IMG/VR virus record: IMGVR_UViG_3300036823_000324
Coordinates: 11,085 to 75,084 of that record
DNA length: 64,000 bases
Source of the DNA: a virus
Direction: 5' to 3' (one strand)
Below, piece after piece: positions 62,567 to 64,000 of this stretch. The translations under genes and the position numbers were made by a program. Position 1 is the first letter of the stretch, and every line of letters begins with the position of its first letter. The notes beneath the pieces were generated by a model. That model was not told the DNA's origin. It made no database searches and worked only from the letters and a program-made list of their open reading frames with translations.

Positions 62567-63622
62567 TTATACGTCTGCTTCCTGCATGTCCGCGGCCGCG
62601 ATCTCGCTCAGCCGGTCCTCGTCGGAGCGCATGTTGAAGCGGACGATCTGGCCGTCGCTCGTCATGCAGACACCGGGCCGGACGTAGATCAGGTCTTCCT
62701 CGAGGATCCGCACACCGTCGGGGTCGCGGTCGAGGAGGAAGACCTTCTGGCCCTCGAAGAGTTCATCCTTCGCCTCCCAGGTCGTGGTCCGGCGGACGAG
62801 GATCGACTCGTCCCAGTCGTGGTCGCCGGCGACCAGCTCGACGAAACCGTATTCACTGCCCGGCGAGGTGAAGAGCCCGCCGAAGCCGGCGCGGCCGAAA
62901 CGGGAGCGCCGGCGCTGGTTCAGCGCCAAGAAGAGCTCGCGCACGTAGTCGGCGCGGTCTGACTCGACCCCGAAGGCGGCCTCGTCGACGACGAAGCCGT
63001 AGAGGTTCCACCCGAGCGCCGACTGCCAGTGCGAGGTCCCCGGCGAGAAACGGATGCGGTTCGGGAATTCGAGCTCGCTGGAGCGTGGGTAGGGCTCGAA
63101 GTAGAGGTTGAAGAAGGGCGAGGCCTCGACCTTCTGGGCGACTTCTTCGTAGACGATCTTCTGCGCCTGGCGCAGACCTGCCGCCGAGGCGTTCATCAGC
63201 ACGATCTCGGCGTCACCCGACAGCTGGCCGGCGCCCTCGAAGCCCGACAGGTAGCGGGCGGGCTTCTTCAGGCACGCCAGCTGGTAGATCGCATAGAGGA
63301 GGCTGAGCGCCGCCGAGAAGCTCTTCCCGGCGCCGAGCCCGGCGATGAAGACGAAGGTCTCGTAGCCCATCGACGGGTCCCAGAAGTCGGAGAGGAACTG
63401 TTTGATCGTCTTGCGGACGACGACCTCGGTGCCGACGTAGTAGGGATCGAGCACGAAGTGATCCATCGGCACAGGCCACTCGTGGAAGTGCTCGTCATCG
63501 GTCAGCTCCCGCCAGAGCAGGTGGCGATCGGCCGGGGTCAGGCCGAGGTAGTCGGCTCCCTGCTTGAACTGCAGCCACTTGTCCCAATACTCCTGGTGGC
63601 TGACGTGGCGGACGAGGTGCAC
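62567..63622 (-). CDS. terminase large subunit, ATPase half
   Basis: Walker A GLGAGKS, Walker B FVVDE, RSRF, coupling motif TSP, TWE. Confidence 0.88.
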   Translation of the reverse strand: MHLVRHVSHQEYWDKWLQFKQGADYLGLTPADRHLLWRELTDDEHFHEWPVPMDHFVLDPYYVGTEVVVRKTIKQFLSDFWDPSMGYETFVFIAGLGAGKSFSAALSLLYAIYQLACLKKPARYLSGFEGAGQLSGDAEIVLMNASAAGLRQAQKIVYEEVAQKVEASPFFNLYFEPYPRSSELEFPNRIRFSPGTSHWQSALGWNLYGFVVDEAAFGVESDRADYVRELFLALNQRRRSRFGRAGFGGLFTSPGSEYGFVELVAGDHDWDESILVRRTTTWEAKDELFEGQKVFLLDRDPDGVRILEEDLIYVRPGVCMTSDGQIVRFNMRSDEDRLSEIAAADMQEADV

Positions 63623-63650
63623 GGTGCTACACGGTAGCCGTGTAGCACCG
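63622..63650. promoter_or_regulatory. perfect 13-bp inverted repeat at the terminase start
   Basis: CGGTGCTACACGG-TAG-CCGTGTAGCACCG. Confidence 0.55.
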
Positions 63651-63653
63651 GAT

Positions 63654-64000
63654 TCAGCCGATGAGGCGGCCGGAGTGGTAGTTGGCGAGGTGCGGGGCGA
63701 CGACGACGACGGTGCGGGGGTCGTCCTTGTCGATCTCCATCTCGGCGACGATCGCGCGCACCTGGCTGTCGTCGGCGTAGGCGATGCCGTTGGCGGCGTC
63801 CATCACGAGCTTCGCGAGATTGTCGACGTCGACCCTGTGCTTGGTGGGCCGGAAGAAGAGCATCACGACGGCCACCCAGTTCTCGAGCGGCCGCGGATAG
63901 CCCCTCGTCCTCAGCATCAACCCGACCGCCCGTTCCTGGGCTTCCTGCTCGGGGGTCTTGTACGGGGGCGCCCCGGCCACGAAACGTGGCCGGGGCTTGG
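63654..64000 (-). CDS. rusA: RusA-family Holliday junction resolvase (5' end outside the window)
   Basis: KPRPRF..., DVDNLAK.VMDA.NG..YADDSQV. Confidence 0.9.
   Translation of the reverse strand, partial: KPRPRFVAGAPPYKTPEQEAQERAVGLMLRTRGYPRPLENWVAVVMLFFRPTKHRVDVDNLAKLVMDAANGIAYADDSQVRAIVAEMEIDKDDPRTVVVVAPHLANYHSGRLIG

Larger units (their letters stand above)
1..64000 (-). mobile_element. myovirus-type phage/prophage genome segment
   Basis: complete head-neck-contractile tail gene order, no host housekeeping genes. Confidence 0.95.

Noticed and set aside
18596-63622. Stop-codon recoding or read-through as the explanation for the split genes
   Set aside because: The TerL, SbcD and XkdP halves are each in different frames, and TAG, TGA and TAA all end well-formed genes
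1-64000. Integration module or att sites; defective tailocin/eCIS interpretation
   Set aside because: No integrase or host junction is visible, so lifestyle is undetermined; full head and packaging genes rule out a tail-only element

Overview
The whole window reads as part of one high-GC (~70% by eye) tailed-phage or prophage genome, with essentially every credible gene on the minus strand. In transcription order (right to left): RusA resolvase (truncated at the edge); a large terminase split into ATPase and nuclease genes; portal; MuF head-morphogenesis protein with a C-terminal nuclease-like/HTH extension; a 1137-aa modular head protein; prohead protease-scaffold; capsid decoration and major capsid proteins; neck and fibre genes; a PBSX/Mu-like contractile tail (sheath, tube, frameshifted chaperone, tape measure, hub, baseplate, fibre); a recombination/DNA-metabolism block (putative annealing protein, SbcD split in two by an mIHF gene, DNA methyltransferase, DUF1643, SbcC); and about 14 kb of small accessory genes (collagen-like secreted protein, Zn-wHTH regulator, ASCH, radical SAM). 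The mIHF gene and composition suggest an actinobacterial host, possibly Thermoleophilia (inference). The most unusual signal is a recurring [L/F/V/M/I]-x-E-[A/S/G/T] motif that punctuates the head proteins and brackets basic, self-contained modules, suggesting prohead-protease-processed polyproteins that load cargo into the capsid. Other highlights are three apparently split genes, a repeated early promoter/operator motif, and structured non-coding elements. No integrase, lysis cassette, tRNA, CRISPR array or reverse transcriptase was recognised. All family calls come from motif recognition by eye; no searches were run.
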